A stretch of DNA of 63,286 nt, filler included, from Hyphochytrium catenoides (taxonomy: Eukaryota > Protista > Hyphochytriomycota), in NCBI GenBank assembly GCA_900088475.1. It is 12 parts of 12 records of this genome, joined end to end, with 100 filler letters (N's around TTAATTAATTAA, not from the genome) between each part and the next. Parts side by side here need not be neighbours in the genome. Positions count along the whole stretch, not along the records: positions 9,100 to 15,582 come from FLMG01002996.1; positions 15,683 to 16,845 come from FLMG01000300.1; positions 16,946 to 18,104 come from FLMG01002167.1; positions 18,205 to 21,953 come from FLMG01002593.1; positions 22,054 to 24,693 come from FLMG01004239.1; positions 24,794 to 31,954 come from FLMG01000607.1; 6 more parts are not named here. One strand, 5' to 3'. A program made the translations under genes and the position numbers. Positions 13,289 to 25,749 of the stretch are shown here, one piece after another. Each line of letters begins with the position of its first letter. The first letter of the stretch is position 1. A model generated the notes under the pieces. That model was not told the origin of the DNA. It worked only from the letters and a program-made list of their open reading frames with translations, and searched no databases.

Positions 13289-14576
13289 AGAAAGGAGGAA
13301 GAGAGAAGGGACACAGCTGTCCCGATCATAAGAAAAGTCTACCCTTGTCCAAGAGGCAAAGCACTGCTCTTACGTAGACGTAGAGGTAAGAGACAGAGAG
13401 GAGAGAGACAGAGAGACGGAAAGATCGTGGCAGAACGAAGAAGTCTTTATCCCATCGTCTCATATTCTCCTTATTTCTCTCTCTTACCTCTCTCTCACCC
13501 AGCACGCAGTCTCCATAGAGTTCTCTCTCCAGCTGCTCTCTCTCCCTCGACTCAGCTGCTGCTTTGTATAGTGACTCATAGAATTCATAGACCTTAGATA
13601 TCCGACCAATTGTCCAGGAAAGACTGCGTCCTTCTTCCTTTCTTCTTCTTTCTCGTCTCGCTCTCAAGCGAGAAGCAGAGTCCTGTAGACAGCAAGGTCA
13701 ATCTGACTTTCTTCCTCTCCTCTTTCTCCAGTTCTTTCTCTCTTTTGCTCTCTCTCTCTCTCCTCCCCACCTTTCTTCCTCTCTCTCTCTCTCTCTCACA
13801 CACAATCTCATTTCCTACATGCCGCACTCCCTCTCCTTCCCCTTTTTCTCCAGCTCCCTCTCTCTTTCATGCGCCTTCCCTGCTTCCAGCCACCCACAGG
13901 GGTGAGGATGGAGATTATTCCTTCTCTCTCTCCCCCACTAGGTCTCTCACGCACTCGTGGCCATTCTCTCTTTATCTCTTCTTAGTTTTCTTCCCCTATC
14001 TATCCATCTCCCCCACTCTCTCTTATGTTAAGATTCTTGGTCCGTTCTCTCTCTTCTCTTCTCTCTTTCCAATCGGCAGACGTTACTCACCATTCCTCGA
14101 GGAGCTGACTTCTTCCCTCTTAACCTTTCCTTTTCTTGGTCCTTCTCTCTCTTGACTGTCTCTTCAGCGGCCGTCACGTCAGAAGGGAGAATCTCCGCAT
14201 CTCTCGTCTCCTCAGACTGAGGGAGAGACGGAGATTGAATCTCTATCTCCGCCACGTATTCCCCGGTCAAGAGCTTTGAGAACTGTGGGGAAAGGACCGC
14301 AGAGATCAGGTCAATGACGAGAAGGTTACGGGGAACAAGCAATAGGAAGAGATAGCAGCACAAAGAAACTAGAGAGAAAGAGACATCAAGACCGAGAAGG
14401 GAGAGAAAGAAGATGAGTAAGGAGAAGGTGGGAAAAGAGAGTGAAGAGTGTGAGATGAAGCCATCGGAAAGGAGAGAGAGAGTGTGAGCAGGCAGGAGAG
14501 CGAAAGGAGAGAGGAAAAAAGAGAGAGAGGGAGAGAGGGGAAGAGAGAGAGAGAGAGAGAGAGAGAAGAGAGAGAG

Positions 14577-14613
<37 letters not shown>

Positions 14614-14750
14614 GCGAGGAAGACCTTGACGTCATGCTTCAGCAGAAACTGGAAGTACTTCTCCTGTTCCATTGTCGACAGGCAGCGCAGGAGCACGTAG
14701 TTTGCCATAACTCCGGAGCCGCCTACACTGTTCCCATGCTATAGCTCTAG
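12200..14750 (-). CDS. Multi-exon hypothetical helical protein, partially resolved; weak resemblance to a TSNAXIP1-like protist domain
   Basis: Exon 12848-12735 (LLDFPSATRRYLQEKFGLGEVISRAFDELLSAVEKWKE) splices in phase 0 to an exon starting at 12314 (HPEVERFGKFLSGRCGGKEDVILFLELRQAL). Upstream coding-like pieces: LSWTIGRISKVYEFYESLYKAA (~13620-13560) and MANYVLLRCLSTMEQEKYFQFLLKHDVK (~14708-14625). Ends unresolved. Confidence 0.5.
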
Positions 14751-15743
14751 GCCCCCAAGCAGGGCTTCCTCCTCAAATGACTCTCCTCCCTCTTGCTATC
14801 TCTCTTCCTTTCTCTCTCTCTCTCTCTTCCGTGAGTGCAGTGTCTTATCCTGGTATACTCTCTCTCTCTCTCTCTCTCTGTGTCGTCTTTTCTCTTGTTC
14901 TCGCCTATTCACTGTTACTGTCTCTCTTCTCAGAAGACCTGCAGGATCGCTAGCAGACAGGTGGTGTGGCTCGTCTTCAATCTCTCTGCATCTAGCTGTT
15001 CTACCGAGGAGAAAGAGCGCTTTCTTCCTGCAGGAACCGCGCCACGACCAGCAGTCAGGAGAGTACCAAAGCAGAAGCAACGAAGAGAGAGAGAGAGAGA
15101 GACAGAGAGCAGAGAAGAAAGAGTGACGAAATGCTGGTCTTCCTAAGTTCCTATCAATTGGTCAGAAAGGCGGTAAAGCTCTCTCTCTACCTCCCGCAGA
15201 TGGCCAATTAACGCTTTGAGACGGACGACAAGCTACTTATCTTCCGCAGCAGAAACCGTTAGTCGCCACCTCTACGTAGCCATCGTCGCTCTGTCTCTCT
15301 CGCTCGCACCACCGCTCTTACCCCTTTTCTCCTTCTGTGTGCCATAGTGGGGCGATTCCCTCCTCTTGGCACCTCTCTCTCTCTCTCTTCTCTCTTCCAA
15401 ATTCCCTCTGTCTCGAGTGCAACTCGCCCTTGTCCTGTGCCTGTCTTCTTTTTGTCTTTGTCTCCACCTTTAGCCTCTCTCTCACAGTGTACTTTCGGTG
15501 ATAAGATACTTCCCCCTCTTTCTCTCTCTCTCTCTCTCTCCCTTCCTCTCTCTCTCTCTATATATATATATATTCACACTCTNNNNNNNNNNNNNNNNNN
15601 NNNNNNNNNNNNNNNNNNNNNNNNNNTTAATTAATTAANNNNNNNNNNNNNNNNNNNNNNNNNNNNNNNNNNNNNNNNNNNNTCCCAGCCCCTCCAGCTG
15701 CTGCACATAGTTTGACTTCTTCGCTCTCTCTTTCCTGTCTCTC

Positions 15744-15778
<35 letters not shown>

Positions 15779-16427
15779 TCCTTTAATCCTCCCAGCTTCG
15801 ATCCTTCTTTTCCTTTCCCTCTCTACCAGTCTTCCCCATTTCTACATCTCGCCTAGCCAGGGCAAGAGTCGAGGCGTACCATCGGAAGAGAAAGACCCTG
15901 ACTTCTCTTGGAGCGGTTCATCTTTCTGGGCACCTTTGAAATCCTAGAAAAGCAGTGAGAGAGAAATGCGCTGCGGGGAAGAGGAAGGGGGAATAGAGAG
16001 AGCAGAGAGTGCGCGCGCGCGAGAGAGAGAGAGAGAGAAAGAGAGAGAGGTGTGAATATCTGCACACTTGGGCTGGAAGAGGGCGATGGCAGTACCTTGA
16101 TGACGCTTCAGATCTCTCGCCTTGTCTCCTTGTGCTCCACTGTGAAGATTGTGAAGCTTTCTATGTGGACAAGGGATTGATGAAGGGCTGCTCGCAGCAG
16201 AAGAGCGAGAGATTGTTATAAGAGAAAAGCTCTGTCTTCCTTGATAGTGCTTCAACTAGGTCCTCCTTTCTCTCCCTCTCTCTCTCTCTCCTGTTCTCTG
16301 ATTCTCTGTTCTATCTGACCTGCAAAATCTTGTGAGCTTGGCTGCTTGGCCACACTTCCCCTTCCAACGCTTCTTCTACCTGGTGACTTTGGAGCTGGCT
16401 CTTTTTCTGTCTTTCTCTCTCTCTCCT

Positions 16428-16462
<35 letters not shown>

Positions 16463-17587
16463 GTTACCTATCCTGCATTCACAACAAAGCAAGTGTGCCT
16501 CGTCTGGCTGTGGCCGAGGTCTGGGAGGAGAGGGTGATACAGAGATGACGATGTGTGGGAGCTCCACTTCTCGTAGTCAAGCCAGACTGATGATGATGAT
16601 GATGATTCGCTGCGCTGTCGTGCTTTTCTTACCTTCCGCTCTCTTTCTTTCTTGCTCCCTCTCTCTCTCTTGCCTTTCTCTCTCTCTCTCTCTCTCTCTC
16701 TCCTTTCTTCCCCACATCGCCGTTCAGGTTCCTGCCCTTGCTCTTCCTATCATAGATTCTACTCTGTCTATCTCCCTCACCGGCTATGTTATTAGAGCTG
16801 AGTCCTCTTTCTCTCGCTCTCTTTCTCTCTCTCTCTCTCTCTCTCNNNNNNNNNNNNNNNNNNNNNNNNNNNNNNNNNNNNNNNNNNNNTTAATTAATTA
16901 ANNNNNNNNNNNNNNNNNNNNNNNNNNNNNNNNNNNNNNNNNNNNCACATGCTACCATCATTTCCCAGCCGCCATCTTCGCTGTCCGTCAGTGTGTGTCA
17001 TGTGAGCTCATACGTGAGTGCACCTTCTCAGTTTGAAGAGCGTGTCCTTGGGGCGAGCGTCAACAACAGGTACACTAACGAAGCTTTGGTCTCTCTTCTG
17101 GTCTGTTGTCAGAACTCAGGCTGTTGAGGGAGGAAAGCCAGAAGGGCAGAGTGCATGATGAAGAAGGCTAAGGGAGGGCATAGCCCCTGCTGCCGCCCAT
17201 GGCTTGCTGCTTGGCCTGGAGCCTTTGATGGTAGATTGGAGACCTAAAGGTCATAGCGCGACGTTAGCGGCTACGGAAGTTGAAGTAGCTGGGAGGCCAG
17301 GCCTCCCCTTGGATTGTAGCAGCTATTGTAGCTGGCAGTGTCCACTTCTGTTCTTCTCTTGGTGTAGGGAAGAGAGCGCCATCCCGTACGCCGCCGTTAT
17401 GCTGTCTGTGCGGGAAGCACAACGTGTCCTGGACAAGTGATAGAGCGCGCGGCTGATGTGGTGCCGCCGCCGCCGCTCCAGCGCCACCTCCAACGCCGCA
17501 GACTCAGACAGCAGCCTTATCGCCTCTGCTCCTCCTCCCTCTGTGCATATCATCACCTTTAGACCAGCACCGTTATTATCAGACACA

Positions 17588-18104
17588 ATGGGACCCAAAC
17601 GGAAAGGCGAGGCTGCGGCAGTGAAAGGAGAGCAGAAAGAGAACAGCCAACAATCTGCCAAGAAGATGCGTTATAGAGAGGATAGGCAAGCCGGCGATGG
17701 GCCCGCCAAGTGCAAAGTAAACCGTCGCGCCCAGGGGCCGCCTGGCAGCTGTTACTCACATATTCTCTCTGCAGTGGTATCCGGGCATTGACCCAAAGGA
17801 GAGTCCGCACGGCCATCTCCCCTACCGACCTGCCGAACCTCAAATATGCTCAACGATCCTGGTACCCTTTTACGTTTATCTTCCACCCTCTGGCTCTCTC
17901 TCACCATTTATTGGGCCCTCGCTTAGGAGCACATTGGGAACACGCCGATGGTTCGTATCAACAAGATCTCGAAGAAAGCTGGGCTGCAGTGTGAACTTCT
18001 GGCGAAATGTGAATTTTTCAATGCTGGAGGTTCGGTGCGTTCCCGCAACGCGTCTGTCTTTCAATGCTCGCGTCCTGACCCTTTCGGCAGGTGAAGGATC
18101 GGAT
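17588..18104 (+). CDS. CBS: Cystathionine beta-synthase, 5' part, truncated by assembly gap
   Basis: Exons 17588-17716, 17775-17861, 17927-18034 and 18091-18104 join in frame to ...[17 protein letters not shown]...[42 protein letters not shown], including the PLP lysine motif SVKDR. Confidence 0.93.
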
Positions 18105-18962
18105 NNNNNNNNNNNNNNNNNNNNNNNNNNNNNNNNNNNNNNNNNNNNTTAATTAATTAANNNNNNNNNNNNNNNNNNNNNNNNNNNNNNNNNNNNNNNN
18201 NNNNGATTCTGACGGCAATGAGCTGCAGATCTTCACTTTGCAGACGCTCGCAGAGTAGCGAACCAAAAAACTATTGAAAGCTCCTGGAAGGAGAAAGATC
18301 TGAAAAGAGATATTCTAAGTACGCCACATGCAGGCTTATGTGCTAAATAAGATGAGACAGAGAGGGAGGAGATATCTGACTGCCTAAATCACGGTCCCAA
18401 AGGATCAATGGCTCACAGCCGCCAACCTCTACCAGCTCTCAGCGAATCCTTACCTCAGCAGGCCACTTACACGAAACAATCAGCAAGGAGATTAGCGGGA
18501 ATTTACTACAAAATGCATAATAATAAATTTCTGGGGTAAATTCCGGGGGGTCGGTCCGAGCTGGAAGTTTGATAGGTCACCTCCTGCCCAAATAGTTCTT
18601 GATCATAGGCTAGAGATGATACTCCGCAATCCTGCCACTCATTGAATATACTTCAATCCCTAAATAAAGCAGTTCTACAATATGGCTATTGAGTCACTAC
18701 TTTACGGAGGTCTCAGAGCTAAAGTAGAATGGCTGTGTTTGTCCATACAAGAGGCGGGTGGGAGGTTGGGTGGGCGGAGGCGGTAAGAGGAATGGCGTGC
18801 CGCTGGTGTTGGCGCCGTAGCCATTCGCTGCTGGCAGAGAAGAGAGACTGAGCGCGGAAGAGGAAGTCAAGAGAGGCTGAAGACTTGACGAAGCTCGTCT
18901 CTGATCTTGATCATCGTGGGCAATTCCAGTTCCAAGTCACCCTGGACCTATAGAGGAGAAAG

Positions 18963-19826
18963 ATGGTAAGGGACAAAAGGCCTGCGGAAGGCAGGGTTCG
19001 AGCTTGGGGTTTTGAGGGGGCTTACAGTTCAGGGGCTGTGTGATTGCAAACATAGGGGGCTGCGTGTCTGGTCTTTCCACTCGTTCGCCTGGCCCCACCT
19101 TTTGATCATCATCACTCAGGATAGAAATTGAGAGTAGACGTTATGGACAGCTCCTTTGGGGCATGAGCGCTGTGATGGTGCATAAGTGGCATGATTGCTC
19201 TATAATGGTGAACGGGAAGGGGTTATCTGAGGCCTTGGGACAGGATATAAGGGTAGCAGCGACGGGGTACTGCCTTTTCAAAGAGCTTTGACTCACTGTC
19301 TTCTGGCCGTATATGCAGACTTTCACACGCTTTGTCGAGGTCGGCCGTGTTGCCCTCATCAGCTACGGCCCTGAGGCTGGAAAGCTCACCACCATCATCG
19401 ATGTCCTTGATGGTAACAAGGTGAGGTTAAGGCGTAATTCTGCTGTGGTTTGCGCTTTAGCTAAAAGAGCACTTTCGTAAGAGTTGAGTGGTGAGCGATC
19501 TCTATTACTAACTGCTATGACAGGTCCTTGTAGATGGTCCTGCTGACAGGGGAGTCAGCCGTCAGCTCATCTCTTTGAGATGGCTGGCTCTTACCGACCT
19601 CAAGGTCAAGATCCCACGTCAGCCTCGCGTTAAGACTCTTACCAAGGCCTGGGAGGCTGCGGAGGTTCTTAAGAAATGGGAATCGAGCAGCTGGGCAAAG
19701 AAGATCGCCGCTAAGTCCGCTCGCGCACAGACTACCGACTTCGATCGCTTCAAGATTATGGTCGCCAGAAAGCAGAAGAGCCGCATCATCAGAAAGAAGG
19801 TGGCAGAGCTCCGCAAGCAGGCTTAA
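18963..19826 (+). CDS. RPL14: 60S ribosomal protein L14 (eL14), 135 aa, 3 exons: 18963-18965, 19319-19420, 19524-19826
   Basis: [41 protein letters not shown]...[28 protein letters not shown]. Canonical introns; AATAAA just after the stop. Confidence 0.97.
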
Positions 19827-20442
19827 GCATGTCTCTTGTTATTCCTCCTCTAGTAATAAACCGCAATGGGTGGCCATCTTACTGCTGAGTTGAGCTGAAA
19901 GAGCAAAGAGGGCATTGTGGTATATTTGAAGTGCTGTAGGCATTCAATTATCGTTGTAGTGCACCCTTCGCTGTCCCCACAGTCACACCCTAATCCTTTT
20001 GAAACTTCTTCCACCCTCTCGGCACCCTCTAGTCATCTCTCGATCCGTGAAGGCTTCTCGCTGCTGCTCCCTACCTCTTCGGCTCCTCTTGTCCTTATAT
20101 AGTTTTCTTGGGGTGGGGCTCTCCACTCTGCCTTCACCTGTCGGGAGTAAAGCTTAGAAAGAGCTGAAGGCCCTTGATTGTAGGTAGTGGACTATCAGCC
20201 GTATTACACTTGCAGCCCAACGTCTTCTACTAGCAATCAACATTCTTCACTCAAGGACAAAGAAGACTACACGAGGAGAACAGCTAGACCTTGTACTGTT
20301 ACCATCTATTAGTAGTATTCCCTTATTTCTATTGACATAGTAATAGCCAGTCTCCAATCTCCAAGAGGCCACCGATTCGTTTTTAAGGGTTATCTGGCTC
20401 GGTTTCACTCCTCAACGCCGCTCTGCTGGGTCTTGACTACGA

Positions 20443-21720
20443 CTACCACTTGTCCGGTTCAACGTCGTAGTTCGGCTTCTCACCTACTCTTTTCTTCAGC
20501 ATATCAACAGCGCCCCAGCTTGTCTGCCATGCCTCCAACTGGAGCGTCAGAAGGAGCTGTGCCTCATTCCTACTTCCCTGGGAATGATAAGGAGGATCTG
20601 GGAGCCTAAGAAGCGGTTCGGGGTTCACTATGGCGCACCAAACGCGTTTGTTGATCTCCTCTGCAAGATCTAAGAGCTCCTGAAGATGAGCCCAAACAAC
20701 CTCTAAAACGCGAGATGCACCGCCCAACGCGCGTATCCGTGATCCTGAAGGCAAATGTCTCGCCTCAAGTTGTTCTGCCTCATTCGTTCTGATATCCAGA
20801 CGTTCCCTTTCCTGCGTAGATTTTTCATTGGTTTGCTTGGACAAACGGCTCTTACCCATTGTTCTCATTTCTTTCGTCTGACCTCGCCCGCGACGAGAGG
20901 ATGGTAGCAGGAACTCATAGATCAGCAGCAGTGGGCCAACCATTCCCGAAAGCTTTATAATAGGTGACTTCTCGCCTAGACGTGAGTGAAGTCCCAGAAG
21001 GAACCCTTCCTCCATTGCGGCGACTCGCTGCAGGCGCTCCCAAAGGCGATATTTTATCAAAGCAGCGATGGCCATGTGGTAGAGAGTGGTAGAGAAGGTG
21101 ACATTGAAACCTGCGGCTGTAGGGGTCTCCAGTAGATCTAGCCCATGATGGCATAAGTACGGGAGGGACATGTCTCCCCAGTCGTACCTGCTCTGCTGGG
21201 AAACATCAGTCCACCACCTGATAAAGTCGTAAGCCTCTTGGTCTTGTCCCAGTCGCAACATCAGGGTAGGGATACGATCTCGTAGGGCCAAGTTGTCTCC
21301 TCGACAAAGCCTCAAGCAGTCCATTTGGTGAGCGAGAGAGGTCCTGTAGGCTCTCTCCGTTGGGATCTCTTCTAGAGCTCTGGTCAGACTGGCCCTAGCT
21401 CTCATGTAGTCTCTAGTATGAAGTAAGCCCCAGAAGTGCCCTGCGTATTCTTCAAAAATCCCTGGGGACGCCTGACGTAGAGCTGCCTCCTCTGCAGCCA
21501 TCTCGCTCGCTTCATGCTTGACGGCATTACACTGCCGCTTGTGCATAGGGAAGTGCTCCGTTTGATGTTCTCTAGAGCAATAGGACGCGACATGACAGCG
21601 CCCGCAAAGAAGAAGTTTTGCACTGGAAGAAGTTCCTTGTTTCTTGGCGTAGCAAACAACGCAGCGTTTTTCAGGTGCCAACGGACAGCTGTACCGCTCC
21701 ACCGTCTTGACTCCGTCCAT
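20443..21720 (-). CDS. MYND zinc-finger protein with conserved helical domain (425 aa, intronless)
   Basis: MYND pattern CVVC...CGRC...YCSREHQTEHFPMHKRQC, followed by FWGLLHTRDYMRAR, LRLCRGDNLALRD, QEAYDFIRWW and YDWGDMSLPYL motifs. Confidence 0.9.
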   Translation of the reverse strand: MDGVKTVERYSCPLAPEKRCVVCYAKKQGTSSSAKLLLCGRCHVASYCSREHQTEHFPMHKRQCNAVKHEASEMAAEEAALRQASPGIFEEYAGHFWGLLHTRDYMRARASLTRALEEIPTERAYRTSLAHQMDCLRLCRGDNLALRDRIPTLMLRLGQDQEAYDFIRWWTDVSQQSRYDWGDMSLPYLCHHGLDLLETPTAAGFNVTFSTTLYHMAIAALIKYRLWERLQRVAAMEEGFLLGLHSRLGEKSPIIKLSGMVGPLLLIYEFLLPSSRRGRGQTKEMRTMGKSRLSKQTNEKSTQERERLDIRTNEAEQLEARHLPSGSRIRALGGASRVLEVVWAHLQELLDLAEEINKRVWCAIVNPEPLLRLPDPPYHSQGSRNEAQLLLTLQLEAWQTSWGAVDMLKKRVGEKPNYDVEPDKW

Positions 21721-22066
21721 CCTAACCCTGATTTCTTCAGAAAAGAGGGAGGATGGACTGCAAAGCGAAGGTGGGCTCAGAAAGGACTGAGACTATAGCC
21801 TGAAACGAAGGGAGTATCAGTCAATGCTATGTGCAAGCAGCTGTGCTCGTACCGGACCCAATCCTCTTCCTTTCTTGACCGTGTGGCAGGAAGATACAGA
21901 GAATAAATAGAGGAGCAGGGGAGAGACAAGAGACGACAGAGACAGGAGACAAANNNNNNNNNNNNNNNNNNNNNNNNNNNNNNNNNNNNNNNNNNNNTTA
22001 ATTAATTAANNNNNNNNNNNNNNNNNNNNNNNNNNNNNNNNNNNNNNNNNNNNCTGTCTCTCTCTC

Positions 22067-22108
<42 letters not shown>

Positions 22109-22886
22109 CCTCCGATCCTCTCAACTTCCTCTCTTTTACCCTTTCTTTCTTTCTTCGGCCTCGTTCCGCTCTGTCTCTTTCCCTGCGTGCCTCTCTCCAC
22201 TCTTTCTGTGAGCCCCTAGGCAGTCCGTAAGCCCTACTCTGTCTTGACCTCTGTCTCGGAGCTACGAGAACAATTGCATTTTGGCTCTTTCTCTTCCCAA
22301 TGGTTTAGAGCCATATTGCCTTCACTCTGTCTCAACGATCCAATTATCTGTCTCTTTATAAACCCTTATTAAGCTCTGGATTTGTCTACCTCATCAATTG
22401 ACAAACGTATATCGTCGTCGCTCTGACTGCCGCTCACAAGGATTATTCATAACCCCGAGCTAGCAGAGGACTAGCCTGTACCCGAACCTTCTCCCCCAAC
22501 ACTACAACAACACTCTCTAAGGTGCGAGTTTACTATGGTAAACCTATAAAACAAACGGGTACACACGGTTAACATAAAACTTTCCTGTTTATTAGCCTCC
22601 CTACCTTACCTTTGTCAATCAATAATTATCGTCAGTCCCAATTATTAGCCGCATGGCTGAGCTACTGCACCGATGTCTGTGTATAACCGTTCTTAAGATA
22701 ATTCTCATTGAGTTTGTCCTGTCGCCCGAATATTGGCCGCTGCCAACTCTAGAGGTCCCACCCATGATAGTAATACGTCGAGACGGTGGTGGTAGAGGTC
22801 TTTAATATTTGGGGCAAGGGATAGTAATACAGACCCAGACCGCAACGGGAAACAGAATCCTAGAAGAGTCAGTGTCTTCCCCTATT

Positions 22887-22944
<58 letters not shown>

Positions 22945-23637
22945 GCCTCTCTCTCTCTCTCTCTCTCTCCTCTGATCAAGGTTCTAAGTAGGATACTCCA
23001 CTTTCCACCCGTTGATCTGCCTCTCCGTCTCTCACTGTGTAGTTGCGCGCTGTGAGCCAAAGATCTCTCTCTCTCAGTCAGTGCTGTTGCACAATAAAAC
23101 GCTTCTCTCTTCTCTCTCTCTCTCTCTCACACACTCTCTCTCTCTCACGCTCTCTCTCACACTCTGTCTGTTCCTCTCGGACTCAAAATGCGAGACACAC
23201 TGATGGCGGCAGTTGAAGTGACAAACTGTGGCGCTCACTCCTCTCTCCTCCCGCGCCGTCAACAATCCAATCCGCAGATTTCTCGTCAAGAGAAAAAAGG
23301 AGGGGGAGATAGGTGACAAAGAAAAGAAAGAGAAAAGACGAGGGGGAGAGAGAGGGGGAATAGTTCTAAAGAGAGAGAGAGAGAAGATCACCCAGAAGTT
23401 TCTGGCAGACAATGGGAAAGCGGAAGCGATAAGGGCCACCGCGCCATTTGTTTTGGCTCTGATGTAAGGTCTGGGACTCCTTGTTTGATGGGATAAGAGA
23501 GAGAGGATAGGTAGTAAAGAGGAGGAAAGAGAGAGAGAGAGACACGGACAGCGGGTCGTGGGAGATGGCACAGAGGGAAAGGGACACACTTTTCACAGAC
23601 CTTGAGGGAGAGAGAAGCGCGCACGGATTGAGAGAGT

Positions 23638-23687
<50 letters not shown>

Positions 23688-25083
23688 CCCTGACGGCCAA
23701 CGTAGGAAGAACCGAACTTCAGGGCCGTCTTTCTTCTGGGCTGGCGCTGCTTCTACAATCAGTGCTGCCTTGTCAGGTCCTAATAGCTAGAGAACTTTGC
23801 CTGTCCAGGGAAAGGACCCATGGCCTTGCCTCTTCAGCGCCTTCAAAACATCAGAGCACCGTCTGCGGGCATCTCCTCAGCGGCTGAAAGCCTCGACATC
23901 AGGTCTTCCCAGCTTTAGACCACTGATCTCTGGCGATGAAGAGCATGAAAGTGCTTAGAGTTAACACTCAGCTGCCGTGTCTGGAGCTCTGTCTTTCTAT
24001 TTCTATCACTAGGGCACCATAATGGATCTCTCTTCCTGCTTCATTGACCATCTGCCCAACCTTGAGGTGATGTCTTACTGCCTTTCCTCTGGCGGAGGAT
24101 GTAGGAGAAAAGAGAGAAGAGAAGCGCGCTGAGTAACGTTTGGCGCCTGATGAAGAGAGAGAGAAGAAATTCTGAGAGAAGAGAGGATAGTCCACGGCTC
24201 ATGCCCCAGGCAGATGAGAAGAGAGGGACGAATGGGAAGAGAGAGAGAGAGAGAGAGAAAGAAGAAAGACGAGCAGACCTCGTAGATTTTACCTCTATTT
24301 ATCACTTTTTATAAGAAGGGAAGACGGCCTGTGGAGCTTTAGAAACGGTGAGCCTTCCTGCCACCTCTAACATGGGCAGACTCAGACCGAAAGACAGAGA
24401 GAGAGAGAAAGAAAGAGAGACATTTCTACTGGCAGCCTACTCCTTACACGGAGAAGAGAGAGGACATGGCAGACAGCATAGCAGTCTGTATGCCTCAGGT
24501 CAGCTGTTGGAAAGTGTGTGTGTGTGAGAGAGAGAGAGAGAAGAGATGTCAGAGTCTCTCCTCTTCCTGTTCTGCTCCCGCGTGAGAACCCTCACTTAGA
24601 CGGAGGATCTCACGCTTCATTGGAGCCACGTGCACAGGAGAGACACTCTCTTCCGCCATCGCTGCGGGAAGAGACGGAGATGAAGAGAGAGACNNNNNNN
24701 NNNNNNNNNNNNNNNNNNNNNNNNNNNNNNNNNNNNNTTAATTAATTAANNNNNNNNNNNNNNNNNNNNNNNNNNNNNNNNNNNNNNNNNNNNCTCTCTC
24801 TCGCTCTCTCTCTCGCTCTCTCTCATTCCTTCCCTTGTCTTCTCTGTCTTCCTCTTTCTTCCCTGTCCCTTCTGACTCTTTTGCTCCTGGCAACTCGGTT
24901 CCTGTCTCCCTTTCAGTCGCTCTCGCATTCCTCCTCTCTCTCTTCCTCTCTCTCTCTCCCTCTCTCACAAACACACTGCCTTCCCTCTCATACTCTAGGG
25001 TCCGACTGTCCCAATCTTCATCTGTGCATCATCAGAGCTTGTATCGCTGGAGCTCGGAGGTCAGATCGTGTTTATTTCTGGTC

Positions 25084-25691
25084 TCACTCAGCAGCTGTCT
25101 CCAGCGGCGCCACGGGGACAGCTGGAGATGCTGATGAAGAGGATGAAGGGAGAGAAAGCTGTCCTTCGTCTTCATTCTCTCTCTCTTTCTCTTCGGGTGG
25201 GCTCTCCTCTACCACATTCTCCAACGGCACTGCCGCCGCTTCTGTTCTATCTGAAGCTTCTTGCCGAAGAAGATTAGCTTTTGAGGCTGCACCGAGATCT
25301 TCGTCTTGTTTCTCTGCTTCGTCTGAAGAGATAAGGATGGCCTCTCTCTCTTCTTTTCTTTGATCGGCTAGCCGTTCTTCCCGTGTCTGTTCTTTCTCCT
25401 GCTTTGACGCTGAGTTCGATGAGGAAGGACGAGAAGAGGGACTTGGAGAGACGGAAGAAGAGAGAAGAGAAAGAGTCTTGTCCTCGCTCTCTTTTCCTTT
25501 CTCTTTCTTTTCAGAAGCTGATGGTGGTCGTTGTGCGGCTCTGGGTCGAGGAGGTGGTGGGAGAGGCTTCTGCTCTGGAGCCTTCTCTTTCTCTGCCAAC
25601 GAAGATATAGAGCAGCAGAGATTAGGTAAGGAGAGAGACAACGAGACGAGGAGCATTTCATACTGAAAGGGGGAGAGAGAACTACAGCGAT

Positions 25692-25749
<58 letters not shown>

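Noticed and set aside
14700-14800. TAG reassigned to Gln, suggested by in-frame TAGs in coding-like stretches
   Set aside because: The ~3,460-codon gene has many Gln codons and no internal TAG, and TAG, TAA and TGA all end confidently called genes.
7336-16901. Many tracked ORFs rich in LSLSLS or ERERER
   Set aside because: They are translations of CT/GA microsatellites, which lack stop codons; there is no domain evidence.
18205-18720. Possible structured RNA or continuation of CBS after the gap
   Set aside because: No match to rRNA, snRNA or tRNA motifs I can recognise. The short DSDGNELQIFTLQTLAE* frame cannot be assigned to CBS.
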